This document shows positions 1 to 12,372 of a stretch of 64,000 bases of DNA, in pieces. Each line of letters begins with the position of its first letter. Within the stretch, counting starts at the first letter, position 1. This stretch comes from Cercozoa sp. M6MM. Taxonomy: Eukaryota; Protista; Endomyxa: Ascetosporea. The position numbers and the translations under genes were made by a program. Under the pieces are notes generated by a model, which was not told where the DNA came from, did not search any database, and saw nothing but the letters and a program-made list of their open reading frames with translations. The DNA is taken from NCBI GenBank assembly GCA_040357565.1, contig JBDODJ010000044.1; one strand, 5' to 3'.

Positions 1-49
<49 letters not shown>

Positions 50-92
50 ACGTGTGTGTGTGTGTGCACGTGTGTGTGTGTGTGTGTGTGAA

Positions 93-3000
93 GGATGGAG
101 GAGCTGCTGCGTGTACTGGAGAAAATGGAACGCGTCCCAAAGGGCATGCAGGGAAAGAAACTCCTGTGCAACTACTTGGTATTCTGTGCGTGCTGTGTGC
201 GCTTTTTTGTACATCTGAACTATCGAGGCACTGCAGATAAGTGTCGAAGAACGCCAGATAATGAAGTGGAAACAGACGATACAGCAGATGCCACTGGATC
301 AATTACGAGCTGTACCTTTGTGTTTTTTTTTCAGTTTGTTTCTCTTTCCATACGTGGCTCTCTGTGCAACGTAGTTGGTCGTAAAAGAGGAATCTGGCAA
401 AACGAGACCTTTCGAGAAACGAAAGTACTTGCTGTGTAGTCAAAGATTGTAGTTTAATACTGACTATGGATGGTGGTAACGGAAAGGAGCGAAGCGGTGC
501 CGTGTTTGTACCCACTAGTGCGACTTGTTCTGTGTTCTTTCGACAAGACCAGATCGTACCTCTCACATCTCGCTCTGTTGTCTTGTATGTGCAAACGTGC
601 TATGTGCAAGTATGGTTTGTTGCGTACCTCCAGGTACAACATGAAAGGAGCGCGATTGGTGCGTGTGCTGGGCCGTGCCTTCTGTTTCTCCGACTATGTA
701 GGATTTGTTCGTATTTGCGTGCGCGTTTCATCGTGTGGCATCCCCTAGGCAATCAAGTCTGTCAAAGAGTTCCAGCAAAGTTACCCACCAGGGAAACCTG
801 TAGCATGCGTGTCTTTGCCTTAACGTATGTGTATGTACATGTCTGTCTGTATGCGCAGACTGACAGTCGCGTGTCGGCGTTTGTTTGGTGGGCAAACAAA
901 CTCGGCAAGTGCTCTGGTGTACCTTGACTGCTGTACATCAGGACAGATCTACTCATCAGTTTCTGTAAATACTGCAGCGGGATGGCATCTCCGTGCGCGA
1001 TTTTAACAACTGTATGCTGGTTTGTGTGTGTATCTTTTCGTACCAACTCTCCTCTCTTTTTCTATATCTTAGCGTTGAACAATCTTTCCAAGCAAAGTGA
1101 TGACAAGGGCAAAAGCCAGGTACATGCTTTCCCTCTTGCAACATGGATACAAAAGCCTCATTACCAGTTTGCATGTGCATCCGCAGACACTGACCGGTCT
1201 GCGTGGCTACAATGAGGTTGTTCTAAAATGGTTCATGCGCATGATTCTCAAGGTAAACAGTATCTACGCACAATGCGAATATACTACACACACCTACGTG
1301 CGATGTGTATGCTGTGTGCGTGAACATAACAGGAGATGAAACTTGGTCTCGGTGATAAAAGCTACCGCGTGCTGCACGCCGATGCGGACGCCTTCGCCAT
1401 GTCTCTCGTTCACATTTGGTGTGTTCTGCACCGATGTGCCAGTACCCATATGTGTTTGTGTATGAACATTGATCTTTATCTGTACATATGAGTCTGTAGT
1501 CTGCTACGTCAGTACAGTGCGATCAAGAAAATGGTTGTCGCTATCACTGCGGTAACGTTACTTTCAGTCACTCTGGCTTGTGCGTGTGTACCGTGGTTCG
1601 TTTGCACCTTGGTCAGAACGACGAGCGCACACGTTTGGTCAAGCGCATGGTGTGTTGGTTCGTCTGTCTGCATAAACATGCATGCTGGTGTGTGTGTGTG
1701 TGTGTATGTATGTAGCTGACTGCCGTGCTCAATCGCAAAGACTTTATCGACATTCGCGAGCACTTGCATCGGCGGGTACTGCACAGACATGCGAGCTGTA
1801 CTTTTGCACACATACACATGGGCACCGAGGTGTTTCTACAGACCACTGGCCAGTCGGCACCGTTGCACATGTTCCGCTCCTTTCAGTGCATGCGCGCTAG
1901 TCGCACGTAGCTTTCACCTTTCCTCTCTCGAACGACACCCAAATGTCAAGTGTTCAATGTGGTGTTGTAGGGACATGTACATGGTTCCCTCGCTGATGAG
2001 TGTCGCGTGTGGTACTACTTAGCTCTCAACAGAGGTACCTGTGACCTAGTTTGTATCTCACCGCAAACATAGGCGATGAAGACGCAGTGTCTGCTGCCGA
2101 GGCGGCACGCGACTGCGCGCTTGCACACGAGATCGTAGTTTTTACCGTTCTTGGCTGTGTGTGTATGTGTGTGTATGCGTGTGTGCACGCAGCGTAAGGT
2201 GGACCGCAAGACATTGGTGAGTGTGCCGCGTGTCTTTGCCGTCTCTGTTGACGACAGCGGCATGGTGTGTCCGTGCGTGTTTGTGTATGTGTGCACGCGT
2301 CATGTGTATATGTGTCTGCGAGGTGATGCAGAGCAAGACAACTGAAGTGGAGCATATCGCTCGAGCCGCATGTCTCAAGGGCAAGTCTCTCTGCGTCGAT
2401 ATGGTACTGTGCATGTGAATCATGCATATTTGTATGTGTGCACAATATGGTATACATACAAACAGGTAAAGGACGAAGACGATACACTAGCTGCCTGCTT
2501 CATCGGCACGTTCTTCGACCGTCGTTTCTGTAGACATCTTGCTTTTTTAATGTGTGAATTTTTCGGTTTGGCACAGGACTCAAAAAGACAGGACGTGTCA
2601 ACTACTTTTTTGCCGAACACAAGGTGATTTTTGCCTTCTTTGCGTGTCTATCTGTCAAGCAGACACCGTCAACGGGGCATGTATGAGTGTGGATATGGTA
2701 GTACGATGGTGAACGTGCACTAGTGCACGTGAGTTCCGACGTTGCCCAAGTGCGATAGGACACATTTCCCGTGTGCATGTTTGTGTATACCTCCCTGTCA
2801 ATAGAACAACTCTGCCGACGAAGCCGCCTTGCGCAAGTATGGCAGTTTTGTGCCCCTACCATATGCAACTCCACAGTACACGTGCGCAGGCACGGCTTAC
2901 GAGTGGGCGTGTTCACGCGACAAGGCAAGAATTACACCAAAAAGTACGGACACGGTACCGACTTGTTTCTGTCTGTTGATATTGAACGCAACAGTGATAC

Positions 3001-3338
3001 ATACTTGTGCGCAGCCATTGTAGACATGCTGCGCGGTCGTTTTCGACACGACGATGCCATTCTTGACGGTATGTGTATGTATCTGTGTATGTGTGCATGT
3101 GTATAACGGTGGCGCAGGCGAGATCCTGGCCTACGATAGTGAGACGAATTCGCGCCTCGATTTTGGCAGCAACAAGTATTCACTGTCTTTTGCTGTGCAT
3201 GCCGCCTATCTGCTTTGTGTGTGTGTGTATGTGTGTGTGTGTGTGTGAGTGTGTGTGAGTGTGTGTGAGTGTGTGTGTGAGTGTGTGTGTATGATGTGCG
3301 TGTATGTGTGTGTGTGTTTGTATATATATATATATGTC

Positions 3339-3391
<53 letters not shown>

Positions 3392-3401
3392 NNNNNNNNN
3401 N

Positions 3402-3450
<49 letters not shown>

Positions 3451-4897
3451 ACAGGACAGCAGCCAAGCAGCACCAAGGCGATGACACCAGCTCGGTCGAA
3501 AGCAGGTATTGAGGAGGAGGGGTTAGATGAGTAGAAGCTAGCTCGTACTCGCATATGTGATGTGTGTGTGTGTGTGTTTTTGCAGCGACGAACGTGCGAT
3601 GCACCTGGTGTTGATGGTGTTCGACGTGCTGCGACTCAACGGCGTCGATCTGCGCGATGCTCCTCTCGTGTATCGACGGAGGGTATGTCGACTTGCTCTT
3701 CCTACCTTCCCTACTTTATGCTACCTCTCGCAGGTGCTGCAAACTCTCCTTCGACCAGCAGTGTGAGTACACCGATACCGGCCATGTCTATATGTCTATG
3801 TCTATTTATGTGTTGACTGTGTGTGCGCAGGCACGAGACCAAGAACGAAGTCCAGGTGGTCGACTCTGTGGCGGTGCGCTCACTGAGCGAGGTGCAGTCG
3901 CAGCTGCATGATGCTATCCTCAGGCACGACATGGAGGGCCTCGTGCTCAAGGTGTGTGCCTCCCCCTGACTGTGCCACTTGGCAACAACAACTCGAGATG
4001 CTCTTTACTGGGCTGATTATGAGTGTGCACAGGACCCAATGTCGCCTTACATTCAAGGCAAGTGCACACGCTGGCTCAAGGTGAAAGTCGACCATCTCGG
4101 CGGTCTGTCCGACACATTTGACTGCGTCATCCTGGTACCTTATCCCTTTGCTCCTTCTACTTTTTTCTCCCCTTTACCCGCCCCCGAAGGCAGCGTGCCT
4201 GAGTGACTCTGCAAAGTCATACCGTGCCGGTTTGTACAGCAAGGTACCTCCCTGTCCCCTTTCCCTGCCTCCTGTTCCTGTCCCTCTCCCCTGTTTCTGC
4301 CCCTCTATATCCCTCAGACATGTACCTGTGTGCCTGCAGTTCTACGTAGGTGTGCGAGACGACCGCACTGGTCACGTGCGCTACTGCATTCTTGGACGTG
4401 TCGGCACTGGCTACAACGCCAAGATCCTCAAGGTATGTGTCCTCCTTGTTACTGCTTAGCACTCTTTGTTCTACTTTGACTCACTTGCAGCAAATTCAAG
4501 CGTCGCTGCGCGGTAACCTGCGAGAACTCACGCCACTGGAACGCGAACAGTTCCGAAAGTAAACACCCTTCTGTTAGACGGTACTCTTGACGGTGGTCTA
4601 CATGTATGTGTACATAGAACAGGCTTGCACATTCCCTTCCTGTCGAAGCTGCAGAATTCTGTACTTTTCCATTCACACACACACACACACACACACACGC
4701 GCGCGCGCGCACCATGGACAGGACGGTGTCAGTGGCGATGAACCCTGGCGTCTCTTGCCTGTAGCTCCAACCTTACCCTTCCCATTCTCTCTCCCCACAG
4801 CACAGACTCTGTTGCGCAGAAAGACGTGCCGCATGCGATCGTGGTGGACCCCTCCAGGGCACCCGTTATGGAACTCGCCTGTTTTGCCGTATGTGCC

Positions 4898-4948
<51 letters not shown>

Positions 4949-5294
4949 CGTGTGTGTGAGTGTGTGTGTGTTTCCATGTGTGTACTTGCATGTGTACTTG
5001 CATGTGGTACTTGCATGGCATGTGTATGTGTGTGTGTGTATTTGCATGCGTGTATTTGCATGTGTGCATTTGCATGTGTGTATGTGTGTGTGTGTGTATT
5101 TTCATGTGCGTATGTGTGTATGCATGTGCGTGTGCAGCTCGTGGAATCAGACGATCCGCGAAAGGTTCCGTCGTGCAATACGTGGTATGCTGACTAAATG
5201 TCTGTACATATATGGTGTCTACGTTTGTGTGTATGTGTGTTTGTGTGTGTGTATGTGTGTGTGTGTGTGTTTGTGTGTGTGTGTTTGTGTGTGT

Positions 5295-5345
<51 letters not shown>

Positions 5346-5744
5346 ACTCCGTGCAGTGGAATCACGTTCCGCTTCCCGCGGTTTCGACGCTTTCGAAGCG
5401 ACAAGAGCGCGCGCGGTACCTTGTCTCTTCTGAGGTTGTGTGAATCTGTATAACACACACTGGCTTAGACACCACACCCTTCACGGACGTGCTGCGCACC
5501 TTTCGGTACTTCTTGTGAATTTCCTCAATCGACGTTGTCGTGCATGATGTTGTTTTGTGCTGCCACAGAGCCCCTCACGCGCGTGTCAGTGCCCTGGTAG
5601 CTTGTTTGCAGATTGCAAGCAAGCCTAGGCACACATATACAGATATTTATACACGTTGCACCTTCAGGGAAAGAACTTTGAAGGCGAAGAGATTGCTCGC
5701 CGTCGTGTACATGTCTTCCTTATGCATCAACACCTCACTTGTGC

Positions 5745-5796
<52 letters not shown>

Positions 5797-6230
5797 GTAG
5801 CGAGCACAAAAAGAGTGCTTTAGTGATGACGACGACGACGACGACAATGACGAACAACAGCTACCAGAACAGCAGCCGCCGCCGCAAGACGACGACAGTT
5901 TCGGCGTCGCCTTGCGCAAGGTGCTCAAGACCAAGTCGCCTACTGATCACTGGGAGGCAGTTGTTTGTGGTACACACACACACTCACATGCACACACGCA
6001 GTACATACACAAACACCCACTAATAGGAGTTCCGATCGACAACAAGACGCCGTTCTCACACTTTAACGATGAGCAAGTGCGCAGCTACACTTATGCGAGG
6101 ATATCTGTGTGTATGTCTGTTGGTTTATACTGGGACATTTTTGCAGGCAGCAGCGCTGGCGGCAGCAAGTCGTTTCGCATCCAATCGAAGTCAGATCATG
6201 AGTACTCTTGCTGCCTGTGTCATGCTTCAC

Positions 6231-6272
<42 letters not shown>

Positions 6273-8552
6273 TGTGTGTTGCACGCAGTGTCCAAGTCGC
6301 CGCACGTGACACTGCTGCGGAATGGCGACGTTGTCGACATTGACGAATGCAGCACTCGCGGTGGACTGCAACGGCAGCAGGGACAGCAGCAGGCACGACA
6401 GCAGCGAATCACGCTGACCGCGCTGCAGACGTTGCCGACCGAAAAGGACGCCGCTCTCGTTATGCGCAAGCACAGTGGTATTGAAGTGTGCTAAGATTAG
6501 TCTGACTGTCCAGGTCATATAGGAGCGTGACCGTGTGCAGAAGAAGTGGACTTGTTTGAGTACAAGCTTTGCGACAAGGACAAGGTTCTGTGCAGCTGCT
6601 AGCTCGCTCATTTGTACATATGTGAATACTCTTGGCTGCAGAATGTGTACGACATTGAGTCGCTTATTCCCAAGCACTCGAAGATACTCGAAGGGTAGCG
6701 CTAACTGACTTATGTGGCACGCCTTTGCGAAGTTGCTGTTGTTTGTCAGACTCACGCTCTGCATTAGCGACCCTCGGCTCGCATTAGTACCCTTCTTTCC
6801 ATCCAGTAATTCTGTATGTACATGTTCCAGGGTCTGTAGGCAGCTCGACTGGCAGGTGCCGAGCTCACACTGCGCAGTTCCGTCGAGGGCGCCTCAGCAC
6901 TCGTTGTTACCAAGTACACAGGCATATGTCACATGTTTGTTCAATGGTTGGAACGCACACGACGTACTCTTTAGGGTGAACTGTCGTGAGGTTGAAGCAA
7001 ACTACGAGAGGGAGAAACGTGGCGAGGCAATCGTTGCCGTCGATGCCAGGTACTGCATTCCTCAAGTGACTGCTTGCATGTACTTTTGCATGTGTCTGTA
7101 TTGTTTCTGCTTGTGCAGTTGGCTACACCACGCCGTCAGAGGCACTCTTCCCGATTGCCCTGCCGATGCGGTACTGCTTCACGTGCCTTACTGACTGCCT
7201 TGACATCACATGTGTTCAGTCACTGGAACAACTGCAAACGGCGGCAAGATTGCATCTGCGCAGCCGCAACAGTCGTACCGAAACACTGCATCTGTACATT
7301 TATGCAAGTACATACACGCCCTCGTGTAGTTTTCGCCGTCACCGGTGACACATGGTGTGAGCGTGAGTTCCAGGTATACTGCCCTGGCCTCTTCCATACG
7401 AACACGTGTGCAACTGATCACCTGTGCTGTTAGATTTTCCGTGGCGTGCGGTGTTGCTTCATGATCGATGACGAATCGGAGCCGGAAGACTCGATTTTTG
7501 TGCCTTTCTTGTTTAGAACACTGTTTGTGTCTCACTTCTGAGTCGAGTGGGTGCACCTTGCTGTCTGTGTACGTTGAACAGAGATGGCCGCAGAGATTGT
7601 TTCAAGAACGAGGCGGCACGGTGACGACGCTGCCTGTGATGCGTGCCAGGGCATGTCACACGGTACTTGGTTTGTCGCCCCTCCCTTGGGGTAGGATGTG
7701 CGAGTGTTGTACAGAGAGGCGAAACGGCGGAACGTGCGCGTCGCTTCGCGGACGCGCTGTTCGTCGGCAGGCTAGACGAGCAGCGCCGCGTTCGACAAGC
7801 GGTGGCGCAAGAGGAGTTGCTGCAGTACACTGCGGCTCGAGACAGCAGCGACCGTAAGAGGAATCTCAGCCGAAACCGCGACAACAGAAAGAGCACTACA
7901 GCCACTGCCAACAGCAGCACTGCCTGCAAAAAGACCTCGAGAGACGAGGCAACAACGACCAGCAACACCACTGCCACCCCGTTCACTGTAGGTCCGCCTT
8001 ACCCCCTCATCCTAAGCATGAGTGACTGATTGCTGCTTCGTGCAGCGAACCACTCATGGTGCACCAACGACGGCGCCACCGGCAACCACACGCGCACCAC
8101 GACAGTTCGGACCGGCCACGGCGGCGAGCAGTACCAACGGCAGCAACAGCACCGGCAGCACCGGCAGCACCGGCATCAAACACGGCCAGAGCACCGAAAA
8201 CAACAAACGACGAAACACCAAGGTGCGTTTTCAATTGCCGGTCAGCAACGAACTGCAGACGGCGCGGCACCTGTTGCGATGCCGCATCAACGCGTGGTTA
8301 CAATGTGGTAACACCGTGGAACATCTGGTCTTACCCTATGACCACTAAATATTGAGGTATACAGGTGCACAAGACGTCCTGACTGTCGTTCCCGATGAGG
8401 ACTTTGTGTTCGACGAGCGCTTTGCCGACCTGTCGCCGCAGTTCGTTGTGACGGCCGACTGGTTGCTACGCTGCCTCGCCGAGTGCGAGTTGGTGCCACC
8501 TGATAGCTACTTGGTGGCGGGTGCGTCACGCAAGGCGTACGCGTGCATTTAG
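93..8552 (+). CDS. LIG4: DNA ligase IV, many exons, C-terminal BRCT; 5' end may lie upstream of the window
   Basis: Spliced exons give YPLVRLVL..YNMK, KWFMRMILK, motif I EHK|YDGER, FTRQGKNYT, ILDGEI, VFDVL, EGLVLK, WLKVK, GRVGTGY, FRFPRFRRFRSDK and a final BRCT-like VTADWLLRC; stop TAG at 8550-8552. Confidence 0.93.
4890..5345 (+). repeat. Compound (TA)n/(TG)n intronic microsatellites in LIG4 (representative of more than 25 tracts)
   Basis: Read directly; similar tracts at 1-90, 3217-3447, 5747-5792, 23277-23330, 44905-45121, 50768-50970, 58543-58677. Confidence 0.95.
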
Positions 8553-8716
8553 CGGCGCCAACTGGAGAGTCAACGCAAGTGACGTTTTGAGGTTTCAAGT
8601 TTATCGAATTATTCGACGCGAACGGAATACAGATCCAAACAATTTCGATTGAGATCGCATTAGTTCTTGCACTCGCGTCGCGACTCGACCGGCGTGGCGT
8701 CACGGTCGTGCACGTG

Positions 8717-8751
8717 TGTTACAGCATGATCTACTGTATCCGCGCGGAAGC
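8717..8751 (+). repeat. Dispersed 35-bp motif, copy 1 (copy 2 at 15039-15073, minus strand)
   Basis: TGTTACAGCATGA(T/A)CTACTGTATCCGCGCGGAAGC, 34/35 identical between the two copies; contains a TACAG/CTGTA stem and the palindrome TCCGCGCGGA. Confidence 0.85.
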
Positions 8752-8782
8752 CACTTCGCTTTAAGACCTCAACCCCGAGAAC

Positions 8783-9046
8783 CAGGGTAGCGTAATTACG
8801 GCGTACTCGGTGGGGGGGGGGGGGCATAATTACGCAAAAATATGACTCCTCTAAACTGGCAATTGTGCATGAATTACGTCAAGATTACGCATGAATTACG
8901 TCAAGATTACGCATGAATTACGTCAAGATTACGCATGAATTACGTCAAGATTACGCATGAATTACGTCAAGATTACGCATAAATTACGCACCGACTACGC
9001 AGACATTTCGCACCGATTTAGCGCACATCACGCACCGTTTACGCGA
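8783..9046. mobile_element. Possible DNA-transposon terminus (CAGGG start) with subterminal repeat array
   Basis: CAGGGTAGCGTAATTACG, then poly-G, then an array of ATTACG-containing 11-mers; no matching opposite end or TSD found. Confidence 0.35.
8871..8980. repeat. Minisatellite: 5 perfect copies of 22-bp GAATTACGTCAAGATTACGCAT, decaying into 11-mers to about 9046
   Basis: Read directly; each unit is two related 11-mers. Confidence 0.95.
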
Positions 9047-9401
9047 TCTACAGCGCCGGCTGTACACAACATGGACCAATATTGCAAGACACAGATATAG
9101 TGGACACAAAAGGAACTAAAGACAGATGTACCTTATCGTACACTAACGCCCGCTTCTTGCACGAAGAGTGAGTGGCAGACGAGACCTTCCCGTCCGGTTC
9201 ATTCCGTTCTAACGCATTTGCAGCGCAGTGTTTATGGATGGATACTAGCGTAGTCGAGTGAGTACGTTTACAGTGCGAACAACGAAAGCAAAGGAAACCA
9301 ATTTCGAAACTGAATGGAAGCAAGGACACCGAACTACGATGCCGCAATCAAGTATCGATACAGTGCGTATCTGTACAATTGGGTGACGTTAAGCACTCGA
9401 C

Positions 9402-11561
9402 TCACTCGCTCTCATGACTCTGCAAACGGCGTCTAGCTTCGATCATGTGAACCGCATCTGAATAAGTCTCAGGAACGATGTTGAGCGTCTCATCGCCATT
9501 GAAAGAAAACAAGAAACGGTTTGTGAGTGTGCGGGTTCCTTTCTGCAAAAAAGAAAACAACACAAATTCTCGTCAAGGGATGAGTTAAAGTTACTCCTAA
9601 ATAATGGGGTTATGAAAGCGGAGTCAAGTAAATTTACTTGTGCATCGACAACTTCGGCATCCACAAGCACATGCACGGAAGAAGGCGTTGCATATGCCAA
9701 TCGTGCTTTGTACTCCACAATCTACATGTACATGCACTCACAGCGCTGGAGCAAATACAAATTTCAATACATCTCCAATCTCGACAGGAGCGGTGAAATT
9801 AACGTCGTCAACGGCGAGGCATTCAGGTCGTTTTCGCATTGCCATGTACTAAAAGTGGAGTATTAATGTCATTTTCACATATCCCATACAGACAGACAAA
9901 GAAACACACAGCGCAGGTCCAAGCCGATTCGTAGGCATGCTTCATCAACCTGCTTGTGCGAACATGTACCACAGCAGTCAAGACAGAATTGCTAAAAAAG
10001 GGAATACGTGCCGCCGAAGGCGCGCCCGTGAATATTACGCGACTGGCCGTGCATCAACTCAAACGATCGAACCTCGGTCTCACCTAAGTAAGTACAATAC
10101 AGGCGAATCTGTGTGGTTTCTCGTTGCACAGAGTACCGACAGGTGTGCCACCGCGACGCAAGTGCAGCTGGTGAATGAAGGCACTCTCTTCGCCATTGGG
10201 AGGCTCCTTGTCCAGCGCGTGCAGTCGCAGCTGTCTATCCACATACAGTTGAAGCGAGCTGTGCAAACCGAGAAAAGTGTGGTACTGTCGCTTTTCGTTC
10301 GCACGTGCTCCATCGCGTTCAGCCTGCTTCTCTTCTGGGGTGCTGCGATATCTCCAACATCCAGCATCACTTAGTCTCATTATAGACGAAGCTGAAATGA
10401 AGGGTACATGGGCATCAAACGAGGGACTCGTTTCGCAAGATCCGTATCTAAAGGATCCAAAACAAGTAAGGTGTGAAGGTAGCAGGAAAGTCACTCAACA
10501 AGCACAAATTTCGGTACTACCTGGATCTCGTGCGACAAACAAAAGGCGCGCTTCACCGCTTTTGTCCCCTTGGAACACCTTGATCGTCACTGCAATTTAA
10601 ATGTGTGCTGTCAACACTCTCAAGCATGCGAACAGTAAAGTAACGTACCCTCGAGCGAGGAATTGCCCACCCAGGTCACCTGGCCGCGCAGCAAAAGATC
10701 CTCTTGCAACGACATATGCGCCCAACGGCCCGAAATTCGATCCAAGCACGCTGTGACCTGCATTTCCATGGATCGGGGTGAGTAGGGAAAGGCTAAATGG
10801 ATAGGATGGTACCAATATGTACTGGTCTCGATGCCGGCAGTGACGGTAGCTAACGTCACTAGCGAGTGCATCAATGTCCTGTCGACCACAAATAAATGAC
10901 AAATCCAATGTCACGAGGCAAAGCAGAAAGAAGAATCGAACCTCCAAAAGCAAGCCAAACCGCGGTCGGTTTTCCTCTGCAACATGTTTGAGCACAGAAC
11001 GCATAGTGAGACACACAACTTCATACCAAAAAGGGAGTATCGCTTGCGCAAGTTTTCGTTGGAAGAGAAGGGCAAGTGTATCTACGTAGACGAATTTTAG
11101 TATTATGCACCTCTCACAGATTTCTAGTGCGTTTTCGGTACCTCAATCATGGAGTCGCTTGGCGTGCGAACGTCCTCCGTTTCGACCGACGATTGCTCCC
11201 TGCCGGGGGAAAGGGGGTAAAAGAGGTAAAAAGTGCAAAGGGGTAACAGGAGGTAAAAGTTCTGTGTACACACACAAGCGACACACAAACTTACGACACA
11301 GCAAGGTCAACTTCAGCCAGTAAAATTCGCTGTCCTCTCCACATAGCGAGTTCTGTGCATACGTTGGACATACGAACGGTTACTGGTTACTACGCATCAA
11401 AATCATTCTGGCACACCGTAAGTCATAGGGCACAGCTCGGCCCAGCGTTGCACACTAGAAAGTGCCTCCGGTGAGATGTCGAATAATCCAGGCGGCTGAG
11501 AGAAACGAGATGTGCTGGTGCGCTGATGCAGAAACAATCTGCGCGCTGTGCTCCGGAGCAT
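9402..11561 (-). CDS. ACOT9: Double hot-dog acyl-CoA thioesterase (ACOT9-like), probable mitochondrial presequence
   Basis: Exons MLRSTARRLFLHQR.., RFGLLLE|DIDALA, VTACLDRI, LRGQVTWVGNSSLE, RNIHGRAFGGTLMKHAYESAW, VDDVNFTAPVEIGD, VPETYSDAVHMIEARRR. Confidence 0.85.
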
Positions 11562-12372
11562 CGTCCGTTTTGGCTGTCAATAATGCACTGTGCAGCAACT
11601 ACGTATAACCTACACTTGTCTGCGCACACCAAATGCAGATAAACTACATTACAGCCAGTACAAGGTCGTGCAGTTTGTCCGACACGACATAAAGTTTCAC
11701 AAAATTCGGTAAAAGCGAACTGTAGAAGCTTTTATACAGTTCCAAAATTGTACGTTTAGACAGAAAAGTAAAAGAGCACAGTGAAGCTTACGTTTAACAT
11801 GAGACTCGCGCTTCAATGCAGCTCGTGGTTTTTGGCTCATGCATCCAAAATGAATCTTGGTACTGTACAGTAAACGGCAGCGAGCCGGTAGTTGAAAACT
11901 ACCGTAAATCGATTACCCACAAGTGCAAACTCGCGCTCGCTTCGCTATTGCATGTTTACATTTAGTCGTTCTTCGTCAACATTTTGATCGTGATCTTTAG
12001 GTAGACACAATACGCATCAATGCTACACTCGTGGCAAGACTGTGTTCTGTTTCGCTTCCCCTACCCTGAGGCGGCGGCCATGATGCTCAATGTGTCAATG
12101 GCAATGACGTCTCGTGCTTATATCGGCAATGCCACGAGCACGTATCAACTTCAAGCCCTTTTTGGTTATGCTTCGTGTAATAACAGAAAATGATGGTGAT
12201 ACCCCGCCCCTTTTACTACGTACGAAACCCATCACTGAATACGATAATGCCTGACCCTCTGCCACTGAATTCCGAGCGAGGTGTACTACGTAACTGAGCG
12301 TTGTTTCGCCTACGGTCTTCAGGTGGATTTACGAAGGGTTCGAGCGGGTGGGCGCTGAGACCTCTCAAAACC

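Noticed and set aside
2500-2580. Possible GC-AG intron in LIG4
   Set aside because: A same-phase GT donor lies 15 nt downstream, so a non-canonical site is not required.
8871-8980. CRISPR-like array
   Set aside because: Repeats are head-to-tail with no unique spacers, in a eukaryotic context with no cas genes.
12061-12068. CTACCCTG as the partner inverted end of 8783
   Set aside because: Only 8 bp match, with no subterminal repeats and no TSD; it would also enclose the ACOT9 gene.
12100-12145. SECIS-like hairpin (ATGA..CTCGTG/CACGAG)
   Set aside because: Lacks the 3' GA of the quartet, is antisense to both neighbouring genes, and no Sec-codon gene was seen.
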